Shown here: positions 1-13,800 of the stretch, one piece after another
Numbering within the stretch: position 1 is the first letter of the stretch
Layout of the letters: the number at the start of each line of letters is the position of its first letter
NCBI GenBank assembly: GCA_965153355.1
Contig: OZ231126.1
Span: forward strand, 46,314,001-46,378,000
Reading direction: 5' to 3'
From: Flaccisagitta enflata
Taxonomy: Eukaryota
DNA: 64,000 nucleotides
Program-made: the position numbers and the translations under genes
The notes under the pieces: generated by a model
Database searches by the model: none
Seen by the model: the letters and a program-made list of their open reading frames with translations, nothing else
What the model was told of the DNA's origin: nothing

Positions 1-3000
1 CAAAGTCCCTGCACGCGATACAAAAAAATTTCAAAGTTTTTAAAACTAAATACAAGATTTTGGATCTAGGCAAATCAAACAATTTTTCTATTGTTCTTTT
101 ACTTACAAAAGAAACAACTTTCAAAAAAAATAATTTGATTTTTCTCAGTCCTAGCTCATGACAAGAAATTTTAAATTTTCTGAAAAAATGAAAATGCCAG
201 GATTTGGATTAAACCGTCAACAATTTCCTATTAGTTCTTGCCCACTTTTGAAAATAATTTTTAAAAAAAATATTTACATAGTTTTTAGTCTAGCTTGTGA
301 CATAAAATTTTTCTAAGTTTTTTAGAAAAAGTAATCTAGATTTTGGATCTAGGCAAATCAAACAATTTCCTATTGATTGCACCCCACTTTTTTTTTCAAA
401 AAAAAAAATTCTCAATAAGGGCTTTTTTGGGGGCCCTTAGGGGCCCCTAAGAAGAAAATGATAATGTTTAGTTAAAGCCGACGGCGAGATCAAATCTCAA
501 AACTAAACAAGATAAATTATCTCCAAGATCAGTTTACATTCAGTTCTTTTAGATAATTATGTTCATTAATTTGAAAATTACAAATTATTTTTATTATATT
601 AATCAACTTGTATTCTATTTATTTTCAGAGTACCAGCTCATTCTTAATCCGCCTGCGTTCAGCAGAAAATAGTACAGTTCGCTCCCGACTCATCCTGATG
701 AAAATAAAATTTACAGTTCGCTTGACTCATCCGGTGAGGAATTTTGTTTCCATGCCAATCACGGCACTGTTAGGAGAAAAGTTTCATGCAGGGTACCAAA
801 CGAAAGGTAATGACATGGTTTATCATCTAAGAAGGGCCCAAGCTTGCGTAGCTAAGCAATCCCACAAAAAGCAACAAATGTTGCTCCTGTATGTTTTTGG
901 CGCTCCCAGCGGAAATGCTAAAATTAGAGGAGAAACCATTCTGATCAAGATTCAACGGGTTACTTTTCTTCAGGTCCTAATGTTTTTCTAGAGAGATGAA
1001 CCCCAAGTTGGGCCTTTATCCAGTAGAAAGGGGCGCCGCCGAATTATTTCTTTTTTTTTTATTTTTCCGCTAAAAAGAGACAAAGATAACGACATATGTA
1101 ATAAAGGGGAGACAAAGATAGCGACAAAGAAATAACAACAAGGAAATCCTGAGCCCGCATAGATCATTTCAAATCAAAATACGACAACCAAAAATGGTAA
1201 AAATTGTTACAGTTACCTTCTAACATGTCTCCCACCTTGGCGCTTTGTCCGTCCATCAGTGGTCCGTCTGTCGGTCTGTCGGTCTGTCGATCTGTCGGGT
1301 CGTCGGTCCGTTGGTCCGTCGTCCACGTTAGTCCATCGGTCCGTCGGTCATCGTCCGTCCGTCCGTCTGTCCAGTCCGTGAGCACAAGTCAAAAAGTGTG
1401 AAAACGCGCATTTTCGCCCCTGCCCACCCATCTGCAACTGGTATTAGCCGTGTATCCGGCCTTATTGGGTTACTCCTCTCCTCACTACTCACTAATGAGG
1501 ACTGACAAACGAATAGATGGACAAAGCCAGTTGGAGTTGAAAGTTACGATTTTTTTTGTTGTTTTTCTTGCTCAATTGTCATTGGAGAAGTTAATTTCCT
1601 ATTAAGATACTGTCGTCTGGTGTGGGGAACCGTAAAAAAGACCAAGGGCCCCTGGGAACCTCATTTCGGGAGCCCCAGGGGCCCAAGAGAGCCAAGTTGA
1701 CACCATCAAAAACGCTAAAAATGACCAAAATCATGACTTTTAGATTTCGTTCAGATAAATGAATTTTCCGAAAAGATTCTTTCATCTGGTATGGGGAACA
1801 GACAAACGTAAAGGGCCTATAGGAACCCCATCAAGGGGCCCTAAGGGCTCAGAAAAATATTGACACCATAGAAAAGCTGACAATGACAAGCTTGTTTCTG
1901 TATCATTGTATTTAGTTGTAAATTTTTAGTCGCGTGCACATCTACAACCCTTGTCCATCCAGTCCGGTTGGTTGGTCACACTTTAGTTTTTTATGATTTT
2001 ATTTTCTTTGACCTCACTGCTCCTGCTTAAATGGTCTAGTGACCTCAAATATGGCCCCTGCCCACCCGCACACGACTTCGGAAGGCGTGTATCCGGTCTT
2101 GTTTGTCAAGAGACTGTCATCTAGGCTGAGGGAACAGTAACGGAGGTTAAGAATCCAAAGGGACCCCATGCTGGGCAAGGGCAACATGTGGTCAGCAATA
2201 CCCGTTGCCCTGCTTTACATGATTGTAAATTGGAATGAGAGGAAGCAGGGTAGCGGCCCCGAAGGGGACGAAGTCCTGTCGAACACAGGGGACCGGGGAC
2301 ATTCGTCTGTTTGTTTGTTTGTCTGTCTGTCCGTCTCCCCGGGCCCTCTTAGACCTTAAATCAACCCACTCAGGCCTGAAATTTACCCTTTCAGGCCTGA
2401 AATCTGCTCTCTCAGGCCTTAAATCTGAGAGAGCAGATTTGCAAGCAGGTTAGACTGAAGAATCGTCCATCGAATTTGAAACAAAATTTCTTGTGCTCCC
2501 GGAGGATGTCAGTTAAAACATGGACTGGGAGATCAGTGGCAAATATAATGAATAAATGAAATAAAGATACAGAAAGTAAAAAACTAGTCATGAAAATGGT
2601 AGAATGATGAAATGGCAGATTAAATTTTTTTCAGTAATTGCGTGACTGGGATCCTAGATTGGCCATGGAATGTAATTAAAAGAAGATTATAATAGAGCGA
2701 TTGATTGATAACAGAGAAAAAAAAGAGTAAGGAAAAAGTTGATAAAAAATAAATCTGTTTCACTTTTGTAGTATGAAATTTGAACGCGTTAAGTTACAAA
2801 TTTTATCTTGGTGCCATTTTAAGAAATTCTAAGCTTTTTTTTTTTTTATGTATCTGTTTGCGAGCTGAGAGTTACTCCTAATTAGGAAGCAAGAAATTTA
2901 ATGCGTTTCCTCCACTGACTCAATAAATGTGAAACAGTGATGAATGATGAATGTTGAATGAGCTCGATGAATAACAGATAGACATAGATACGTTTCTCTA

Positions 3001-3035
3001 TCTGTCTGGCTTTTTGTGGGCCTGTTTGTCTGTGC

Positions 3036-3122
<87 letters not shown>

Positions 3123-3210
3123 CTTCGTGATCGTATGGTCAAACGTAAAAAGAAAAAAAAAACATCTGTAAAAGGTTTGCGCCTTTTGGTAGTCTTCATC
3201 TTCGTATCTG

Positions 3211-3332
<122 letters not shown>

Positions 3333-3392
3333 AACAGAACACTGGCGCAATGAATTTCCTTAATTCGGGTTTACATTGAGAATACATATGTA

Positions 3393-3792
3393 CAGATGAA
3401 GGGTTAATACAAGTTGTGAACCCCCTAAAACTGTTGCACCCCCCCTTAATAAATCAATTTATAATAATAAATAGTTTTTATTAGGTTACTATTCCTAGTT
3501 AAAGATTTTACATTTGTGATTTTGCATAAAGTGATTTGCATGAAGTGATTTTGCAATTCCCATTCCAGTCTCAAGTTATGATAGAAAATCCATAATTTTA
3601 TAAATTTTTAAAGAAAATTTATTTTGTTACTAATATAATTTAAATTTTGAGTAATGAGAAAAAAATTCAAAAATAGCTTCAGAGGCGCTTCTTGTATTTG
3701 TAAAGATATTCTTTCTTTCCCTCAAATCTTTCCATAATATATTGATTTAAGGTTGTAGGTGGGGTTCACACCTTGTATTTAGCTTTCCTCTG
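3393..3792. mobile_element. Diverged MITE (TA TSD)
   Basis: TA|CAGAtGAA..AATACAAG.TGTGAACCCC / GGGGTTCACA.CTTGTATT..TTCCTCTG|TA. Confidence 0.65.
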
Positions 3793-4272
3793 TAAATCAG
3801 TTGTCCCACAAGGGAGTCATCAAAGTGAGTGAGCAAACCAGTGAACAGAGCGAGTCAAGAATAAGAGCGGGGCAAGCGAGCGGGGTGAGCAAATGAAAAT
3901 AACAAGCAACCTAGTAACCCGTTCAAAATGGGATTGTCTTGTGTAAAGCCCTCAGTCAAATCGTTTCCAGTTAGAGTAATCACATGCTCCATCAGTCTTT
4001 CCACCCACCCCTTGGTTGGCCAGTCAGTAAAATGGAATATTTTTTGGATTAATATTAGACTTTTCCTTGTCAATAAACATGTTTTAACGAGTAATTCAGC
4101 AAAAAGAATTCTACAAGTTTGAAGCTTAAAAAAACGCGTCGATCTATTTCTCTTTTAGGTCGTGCACCCGCGTCTGTGAAAAAGGATTTGTCCGAGGGTT
4201 CATCCATTGGTCATGCGTCCATCACTTTGTCCATTAGTTGGTTTGACCATCTGTTCATCTAGATAGCCCTTT

Positions 4273-4364
<92 letters not shown>

Positions 4365-5193
4365 GCCCTAATTTGGCCTGGTTTTTCGGCGAATCCTCGT
4401 TACTTGCAAAAATCAAGTAGGTGAACGATTTTTATAGCTTTTATCAAGTTGCTGCAGGAGTTTTTTTGTTTTTGCTGCAATTGCTGCAAGTTGCCCTAAA
4501 TCCCAAAAGTTGCAATGCAGGTGTTATAACTCATTAGGTAAACAAACAATGAATTTCTTGAATTCCTATTACACTACTCGGCCAACAAAAGCGGTACAAG
4601 CTAAAAATACTCAATTTGCGACAAACTTGGGCATTTAATGCTGCAACTTGCTGCAACCTTTCACATTCAACGTAATACAGATCATTTTTCATCATTGCAT
4701 GATATTTAACAAGCCTTAAAGACATGATATGAGATAATTTCTTACTCAAATATGTAAAAGAATTAAAGCGATGTTGGTGACACAATGCTTCTAACGTTGC
4801 TTTTTTAGCTTTTTGCAGCATTTTTGAGTTGCCGCAAAAATGTCGATTGCGGCGCCCCTTTATGGAAATTTTTGGTCTGTTTCTTGTTTCACATTGTTGC
4901 AATATGGTCCATTACGCATTTTGACCGCCCCCAGGATATGGTAGAGAGAATATTTTGCTCTCCAAGCTTAGTTAATTCCCCCACTACTAAAATTTGCTAA
5001 AAAATTTCGAGGGTTATTACGATTCAGGATACTGGTGGGAGTGGCCTGGTACTGTCATTTCCACTCGCGATTACACGCGTTTCGAAAAAAATAGAAACAA
5101 AAAAAATCGTATCCGATTTTTGGCGGGAAAATGACTGGGGACCTAAACATCTTTTCTTGACTCAAGTCATTCAATGCTTATGTTTGTTGTCGC

Positions 5194-5207
5194 GTTACCA
5201 TGGTTAC
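5194..5207. promoter_or_regulatory. Near-palindromic RFX X-box candidate
   Basis: GTTACCATGGTTAC (reverse complement GTAACCATGGTAAC) in non-repetitive sequence ~3 kb downstream of the last identified SAXO exon. Confidence 0.4.
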
Positions 5208-5350
5208 GCCATTCAGAAAATCGTTTTAGTCCTGATTCGTGATTTATGTGTAGTGGAACTATGGCAGTGTTCATTATGCAACGTTTAAACTGTGCTTGCC
5301 GAAGAGATTTTGATCGCTTTTGATGCAGGGAAGAAAAAACAACAACAACC

Positions 5351-5416
<66 letters not shown>

Positions 5417-5438
5417 TCAAAGAACATCATCAATGAAG

Positions 5439-5477
<39 letters not shown>

Positions 5478-6701
5478 TTAACAACAACGACAACGACAAC
5501 AACAACGTAGATTACAGTGAAAACAACAATAACAACAAAAAAAGGCAGCAACAACAAAAGCAACAACAACGGCAATGACAACTACAACAACAGCTACAAT
5601 AACGAAAGCAACAACAACAAAAACAACGACAATTCACTTCAGGATTTTCATATTTTTACTTTGTCGTAATATAGAAACCAAACGCAAAAAAGAAAAAAAT
5701 TTAAGAAATAAGTCACGATATTGTTGCGGATGGGTGGACAGGGGCGTTCAGCCCCCAACCACAACCTAACCCCCCTCTCACACACGAACATACAGAAAGA
5801 GTATAAAAAACTCTTGTTTTCTACTTTTTAAGTGCGTCCTCGCACTTCTTTAAAAGGTCAAGTCTGTCGGTTGGTCGGTCGGTCGGTCGGTCACGCAAAC
5901 GTTTGAAATGTGGAAAACGGCTGATTCTGACGTATTTCTTCATTCCTATCACCTTTTCTGCCTTACCACATTCATTTTCATTCATTCATTTGTTCATTCA
6001 TTCATTCATTCCTCAAAAAAAATCATTCACAAATTCTTAATCAAGCGAGGCGCACCAATTGGCCTCAACTTGGCCTTGTTGACTTATTTATTTGCTGAGT
6101 ACCAGGCCCGAAAACTTTCTCGAGAAAAAAACCTGACGGACACGGTTCATGCGCATTTGGAATCTTCAGATCCTCTCGTTGTATCACGACCACCCCAGTT
6201 GCGTGCGGGTGGGCAGGAGCAGTGCTAGAGAAGGTAACAAGAGCATTTGGGCGATGGGCAGGAGCAGTAGGCTCATGAAGCTAAAAAACGCCGAAAAAGT
6301 TTAAAGGGGACCAACCAACCAACCGACGGACCAACATAGCGGGGTGTAGAGTTGCAAAGCAAGCGACTAAATAGCAGCGACACACTCTCGGTTAAAAAAA
6401 GATAAGTATTTATATCGCTTTGTTTCATTTTTTCCAACATAAGTGGAAGAAGTGATGCGGCGTCACAATATCTTTGTGGACGGGTGGACTGGGGCATCCA
6501 ACCTCCATCCACACCTGAACACCCACCCAAGCACAAACACACACAAAAAGTATTTAAAATGCTCGTTTTTCCACTTTTGCCTTGATCACCTTGGATGGAC
6601 CAATGGACCAACGGAGCAATGGACGGACAAAGCCTCTTATAGAGTTGCGTGTCCGCAACTAAAGATATTCTGAATCATCGACACATTCGCGCATATATAT
6701 A

Positions 6702-6799
<98 letters not shown>

Positions 6800-6829
6800 T
6801 GTGTGTAAGTGTGCCCGTGTCTGTGCGTG

Positions 6830-7750
6830 TGTTTGATCTGAAAATTTACAGGGAGGTACGTTTTGAATTGATACACTTCTGAAGTTTCTGACCACATAAA
6901 AAGGTGTTGCCGTGGTAAAAATGGGCATTGCATTAGTCCCTAAAAACTGCCAAAAATAGGCTTTTTAGCGCTGATGCGGCTTGAAGAAGAGAAGGGCCAA
7001 TCAGAAAATTTACAGGGAGGTACATTTCAATTGATTTACTAATTTCAGGCTGCACAGTAGGATGATATCGTTGTAAAAACGAGCGTTTGACCCTAAAAAC
7101 TGCTCAAAAAGGCCTAAAAACCCTATTGAGGCTTGAAAAAGAGTAGGGCCAATCTGAAAATTTACTGGAAGGTGCAATTTGAACAGATACACTCAATTCT
7201 GGCCTCACCAAAGGGCGTTGTTGTTGAAATTATGAGCATTTGACCCTAAAACCTGCTGAAAAATGGTTTTAAAACACCATTGAGGCTTGAAAAAGAGTAG
7301 GGCCAATTTGAAAATTTACAGGAAGGTGAATTCTGAATAGATACACTTGATTCTGAACTCACAATAGGGCGTTGTTGTTGATAATATGGGCATTTGACCC
7401 TAAAAATTGCTTACAAATGGCTTTAAAACGGCTTTTAAACACCATTGAGGCTTGAAAAAGAGTAGGGCCAATCTGAAAATTTACAGGAAGGTGTATTCTG
7501 AATAGATATACTTGATTTTGGCCTCACACTAGGGTGTTGCCATTGAAAAAATGGGCATTTGACCCTAAAAACTGCTGAAAAATAGCTTTAAAACACCATT
7601 GAGGCTTGAAAAAGAGTAGGGCCAATCTGAAAATTTACAGGAAGGTGCATTCTGAATAGATGCACTCAATTCTGGCCTCACAATAGGGTGTTGTCGTTGA
7701 AAATATGGGCATTTGACCCTAAAAACTGCTGAAAAATGGCTTTAACACGC
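6830..7750. repeat. Tandem repeat, ~153-165 bp unit x~6
   Basis: ATCTGAAAATTTACAGG-like motif recurs near 6836, 6999, 7151, 7304, 7469 and 7623. Confidence 0.9.
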
Positions 7751-8148
7751 CTTTGAGTCCTTGAAATCCTCAACTGAGGTAAAATGACACCTGCTTTCAC
7801 TTATTGCAACCCTTAGGCTACAGTTAGGCTTAACAAATATTTTTTTTTCAAAAAAAATTTTTTTACCTTTTTTCAGGATGCCCTTAAGGCAATTTCCTTA
7901 GGTGAAAGAAAAATTTCAACATCACCATTGGGTTTCCCATGTCTGAAATAGGTCCCAAGGAGAAAATTAGGATTTTAGTGCACTTTTTATTTTTTGGAAC
8001 CACTGTGCGGTGGCGTATAGAGCCTGTAACAACAGTCAACACTTCAGGGGGCGAGTTTTTTTCAAAGCGAGATCCGCTTTCAGCCCTAGAAATTCCAAGT
8101 TGTAGATCAAGGCCTAACTTGGGTCAATCTCTCCTCGTTTTATCTCAC

Positions 8149-8770
8149 CTTGTAACTGGTCTTGTCGGCCATCGGATCCGTTGACGCTCTCGCGCGTTCT
8201 TCGGGTTTCATGGAATTGGCTGGCGTGCCTCTTTTGCCGGTGTAATCGACGCCGACTGTAGTGATACCTTCGAAGGGAGCATCAGAGCGGAACGGCTTCG
8301 GAGGTGGGTGCTTCGCTTTATCAGGGATATCCCATTTCCGATATTCGGCTGAATTAAAAAGACAATATTTTTGTTTTTGTCGTGTAATTATCCCCCGCGA
8401 CGGGGCATCTGTCCTTCTTCCCCGTATAGACAAATGAGGACGCAGCAATTCTTAGAACCCATGACTCTATTTGTAGGGAAACGATTTTGACATGATATAT
8501 CGATAATTGACCAATGACAACATGTCAGAATAATGACACAACATGACAAACCGATTTGTTGGGCGTATGTGGAAAGACGCATCATATTCATAAAGAAAAA
8601 ACCTAAAGAAATAATGAAATACAGGAAACTGTCTACGCGATCCTTGTCGATCTAAGCTTTGAATGTATAGCCGTCATCTACGAGCGTATCTTCTCTACAG
8701 TCGTTGTCATGATCGTCGTCGTAGATCGTTGTTGCTGTTGTTATGGTTGTTGCTGTTGCTGTTGTTATGG

Positions 8771-8841
<71 letters not shown>

Positions 8842-8847
8842 ATTATT

Positions 8848-8886
<39 letters not shown>

Positions 8887-9461
8887 ATTGTTGTTGTCGT
8901 CGATGTTGTTGTTGTCGTTGTTGTTGTTGTTATTGTTGTTGTCGTCGATGTTGTTGTTGTCGTTGTTATTGTTGTCGTCGTTGTTGTCGTTGTTTTTGTC
9001 GTTGTCGTTGTCGTTGTCGTTGTTCTTTTTCTTTTTCTTTTTCTTTTTCTTTTTCTTTTTCTTTTTCTTTTTCTTTTTCTTTTTCTTTTTCTTCTTCTTC
9101 TTCTTCTTCTTCTTCTTTTTCTTTTTCTTCTTCTTCTTCTTCTTCTTCTTCTTCTTTTTCGCTTTTTCTTAGTCGTCTTTCTCTTCCTTTTCCTCACCTC
9201 TGTAGGTGGGTTCTCCCCGGAAGTCTCCAGCCGATCTTCTATTTTCTTTGGGTTTGAATGATTTGACGGGCGGGAGCGACTTGCCGGGATAATCCTTTCG
9301 GTACGTCGTGTCACTGTCCAGGTCCCCATCCGGCAAAGGACGCTCCGCGGGTTTGCAAGAATCCGGCGGCTTAGCGTCGTGGGGAACGTAATCAACGCGG
9401 TTCGTTGTTTTATCGCTAAGAGGATCACCGGATCCTGTGCAGGATATTGAGAAAATAAAGA

Positions 9462-9557
<96 letters not shown>

Positions 9558-10807
9558 TGTAAAAAATTAGAATGGTAAAGAGGAACAAAGGTTGAAAATA
9601 ATGATGCTGGTAAACCGAAGGCAATATTATCCGGAATTTTTTTTTCTCCGCTTACGAATGATTAGCAAGGGGTTGAAAATTCCGAATTATTCGATTGTGA
9701 TTCAAAAAGGTTCTGTGTTAGTTGCGTTAGTGGAGTGTTAAAAGTCCAAACTTGTTTACAGAGTTTCCACTTTCAGGATATCATAATAATAGTGGTTCAT
9801 TCATTAAATAGACCACTTTAATTCATTTATTCCTTGAGCGTGATAGCATTTTTAACGTTTGTGACAGTTTTTCAAGAAATAAGCATCACATGGTGGCACC
9901 GACGGATGTGCCTATTATACAAAAACTCGTCCAAGCAGTTAGCAAGGAAAACAAACAGATAGTTACGAGTGTTTTAATTCCAACGATGGACAAACTATGT
10001 CATGGATTCGCAGAAAAATGGTGATTAATCTCAAATCTGCTCTTTCCGCAATTTGCGTCCTTTTTTTATCTCTACGGCAAGCTCCCATCTTGTTTTCTTT
10101 TCTTTTTTTTCTTTTACCAATGTGATTAAAATTTGGAGTGATTTTTGGAAACATGATCGACAATTAAAGCGTAAACTGGTCAGGCCTCATTCAAAATGGC
10201 GCTTTGATTCCACACACGCAAACCGAAATGAAGAAGAAATGATAAAAGATTAAGTATAATGCTACATTAAATAGCAAAGCAAATAAAAGTTAAAAACCTT
10301 CAGCTCAGTGAATGGCGCAAGGAAGGTGAAGCCAACATATCAATAGTTTCAGATTTCAATAAACATTGTCAAAGCTCACCATGGTTATTCTGTTTGGGTA
10401 CAATGGGTTCTACGGGCTTGACAGGCCGATGGAGAAATTCGTCGCGGTATTCGCTGAGAAGACACGGACCTTGAGGGGACTTGGTCAGGACATTGCTATG
10501 AAGAGGGCAGTGATGACGACCGCAGTTACAAATCTATGTCAGGATGAAAAGAGTAATAGTTGGCAATTCTTCCTGTATGGTTGGAGATTTTCCTATGTTC
10601 GATTGTCTCTCAACCTGTGTGGTGAAAACATGTTCCTGTTGGTCAGTTCTGTGTTTTTCTCTCGGTGTCTTAAAGACTAATAGACTTACATATGAACACA
10701 AACAGTCCTAATATCGATATCATAACTAACAGACGCGCACACAAACAGTCAAACACTCACACAGAGTTGATTACCTGACAAACGCATCCTTTTTTAGGGG
10801 TGACCAT
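8149..10807 (-). CDS. Stabilizer of axonemal microtubules (SAXO/FAM154 family); 3' end unresolved
   Basis: Exons 10807-10775 (MVTPKKGCVCQ), 10533-10380 (ICNCGRHHCPLH...CLLSEYRDEF), 9434-9198 (DKTTNRVDYVPH...DTTYRKDYPG...SFKP) and 8348-8149 (EYRKW...FEGITTVGVDY...KTSYK) are phase-consistent. The CxCxICxCGRHHCP N-terminus and repeated TTYRxDY (Mn) modules are SAXO hallmarks. Confidence 0.88.
8727..9160. repeat. Compound microsatellite (GTT)n-(GTTGTC)n-(CTTTTT)n-(CTT)n in SAXO intron 3
   Basis: Read directly. Other simple repeats: (CT)n 3038-3120, 3212-3328, 15765-15850; (GT)n 4275-4360, 6704-6796; (CAA)n 5338-5505; (GA)n 9465-9555. Confidence 0.95.
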
Positions 10808-10877
10808 GATTATATCTTTTGGACGTGTATATATCAAGCGCCCGCTGATATGAAAAACTTAACAAGAAAGGCAAGCC

Positions 10878-10891
10878 GTTGTCAAGGCTAC
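10878..10891 (-). promoter_or_regulatory. RFX X-box candidate upstream of the SAXO gene
   Basis: GTAGCCTTGACAAC (minus strand) fits RTHNYYWTRRNRAC and lies ~70 nt upstream of the ATG of a ciliary gene. Confidence 0.6.
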
Positions 10892-13800
10892 GATTCCAAT
10901 TCACGCATTTTGGTCGTTTTTTGCTTTTCTCCCTTTTACCAGCTTTTCGTCGTCTCCTACCTCGTATTCTTATCGAGATCGGTTTGAAGGTTTTATACAC
11001 ATCGGTGGTTTCAATGTTTTTTTCTTCTATCCCCTGGGCCCTGGCTATACCAGAAATCGCCGATGGTGCTTTCTGATCGTTTCTTGTTATTCAAGGGGGC
11101 TTTTAACGATCTTTGATAAGGAAATGAGCACTGGTCCTATATTGTTTTCCAATATCCATGCCCCTTCGATGCCTTTTGCGTGTCGTTAAGTTTAAGACCA
11201 TTTGAGAATTGGGTTACCGCGCTGGATGGCGGCAGGGCGGTCAGCACAGGCAGGCAAATCATGGAATTAAGGCACGCGATCGGAACCAGAATCAGAATAA
11301 TCGCAAAAGCGTTAGAAGGTCGGCGGTACCCGAGCCCTGCCTAATTAGGTTGAGATCAAAGTGGAAGGACGGAGAGAACAGGGCAGCGGCCTCGAAGGGG
11401 CCAATAATCTTTGCTTCCACACATGAGGAAATTTCTCCCTCTCCTTCTAGCAGTGGAGATTTGAGCCTTTGGACTGGGTTTTGAGCCTTACACCCTGTCG
11501 TATCTTGATGAAAAGCGTCACCGGGGCTAACTTTGGGGGGTCAAAAATCAAAATTGAGATTTTGGCGTTAATTTTTTTTTTAATGGCCAGGTAAAACGTA
11601 AACTAAGACCAAACTAATGATTTTCAACTTTTTTTCCGACTAACGTGGCGCTACGACCTCCACAATGTTGAAAATCGACTTTTTTGGGGGGTTGAAATTT
11701 CGACCTTTTTCGTCATGAATCGTTGTTACAAAATCGGTCGCTGTGGCTTTAAAAATTGCATTTTGGACATGCGGATTTTTTTGCTGGCTCGGTTTTGAGC
11801 AGCTCCACTGGTATCTGAAAAAAAAATCCCATATAGTCTAGTATCCTAGTCGCGATAAACAAAAAAGTACACTTTTTCATCTTTTTTAACATAGAATACG
11901 CACAAAAATGGACCTGAAACTTATATTACCCCAGAAAACCCCATGAATTTTTTTTCACGATTTGAAAGCCCTATAAGGGTAGTTTCCAGGACCAGTGTCA
12001 AAATACCCGGACTCTGGCGGGCTTTCAGACATTTTTGACCAAATTTGCCAGAATATCAAAAATGACAAAAATGACAAAAATCAAATTTGAATATCTACAA
12101 CCAAAATTTAGATGACTCCATAAATTTTTAGGAGAAATACTACCTTAATATGGTGTTTCCAAAACCAACAGTTGAATTTTTTTTTTAATATGCATACCAG
12201 CCCAACTGACCTATCACTTAAAAATTGAAAAAACGCATTTTTTTTGGCTGTTTTGCTCCTATTGTCTCCAAATTTTGCATGAGGGTTGTCACTGACCCTA
12301 GAGACTATTTGCATACGCTATAGCCGATCGAATCGATGATACTCGCCCAAATACTATACGCAAAAAAACCATGATTTTGGGTGAAATTATCCAAAATTTT
12401 TGGAAAAGTCAAAAATGGCCAATTATCAGTTCAGTTATTTCCATATTGTAAACAAAACAAAAAAACAAAAAAATTCATCTCAAATTTTTTTGTTTATAGC
12501 ACTTTTTAGGTAAAAAAAGCTTATTTTTAGCATTTTTTTTGTTAATAATTGTTTATGTAGCTTCAAAAATCCCCATGAATCCTGGAAATTTGTGGCAATA
12601 GTCTAAACATACACATTTCTACCTGTAACAACAAGTTTTTTTACACATTTATCAGATAAGAGCTTAAAAATAGGCTAAAAATAGCAAAATATTGCTTTTT
12701 TCAGCGTTTTTAAGTTTTTTCATGTTATTGAAGCATAAAAACTCAAAAAAATTCTAGAAATGTATAGTATTAGTCCAAGTATAAATGCTTATGCCCTGAA
12801 TAACCAGTTATTCATGATAGTTTTGGGTTTATAGCCCAAAAATAGCTTAAAAATAACAAAATTATGGCTTTTTTAGCATTTTTGAGCAAAAAACTGTTTA
12901 TGCAGCTGTATTTATCCAGAAAAATCCTTGTAATGTGTAGTCATAGTTTGAGTAAAGATTTTTTTACCCAGAACAACCAGTTGTCGGGGATTTTTTAAAG
13001 TTTAAAGATCAAAATTGCAGAAGAAAACCATATTTTATCATTTTTAAGCTATTTTTAAGCTCTAATTTGTATGTTATCTCAAAAAACATGTTGTGAAGGG
13101 TTAAAATGTGTATATCCAAACTATTGCCTCACATTTTCAGTATTCATTAGAATTTTCAAAGCTGAAAAAAAAATTTTATGCTTAAAAAATGTTAAAAATA
13201 CCTTTTTTCTACCAAAAGAGTTACATAAATGAAAAAATTTAAGATAATTTTTTTTGTTTTTTTTGTTTTTTTAGTATCCCACATGTTCCTGATGACAAAT
13301 GACACAGTGGCAAAAATGGTCTTTTCATACCTCTTGGGGCGTATCCAGAGAGGTGTGATAATCCAATACAATTAATTTTCATTTTTGGAAAAACTAGTCT
13401 ATGTAGCTAGTGTTACAATATCGTCGCGGATGAATGGGTAAGGACTTTCAAATTCCCCCCCCCTCATACACCTCTTCAACAATTGTTTTTCCACTTTCCA
13501 ACTCTTACTCACAAACCAACAGACTGACTGACTAACGGATGAACCAACGGACGGACAAAGCCTCTTATAGATTCGCGAATCCGCGACTAGAAACATGCAA
13601 GTTTGAAAATAGAATGGAATGGATCAGGTAGTAGGTGAATGAGATGATTTTGATTTAACGGACAGACAATAGTAAGGACTGGAGCATGGACAGATCTTCT
13701 CTCATAAAAATATTCAGGGACATATTTGAAAGTCGGAGGAGATTGAGTCTTTTGTTTTCTGGCACATCAACGTGTTGGTTTTACGCATCTCACGAGTTCG

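Noticed and set aside
608-991. 127-aa ORF with an acceptor-like ttttcag and a short internal duplication
   Set aside because: Non-ATG start, no recognisable motif, and no partner exons found.
6085-6180. Possible further SAXO exon (EDLKIPNAHEPCPS or SRESFRAW on the minus strand)
   Set aside because: No convincing acceptor or phase match; flanked by repeats.
8652-9261. Long poly-T/V/L/C/R ORFs, and similar ORFs at 2882-3353, 5167-5510, 15713-16767, 39962-40324, 50326-51168 and 56313-57520
   Set aside because: Translations of microsatellites or low-complexity tracts.
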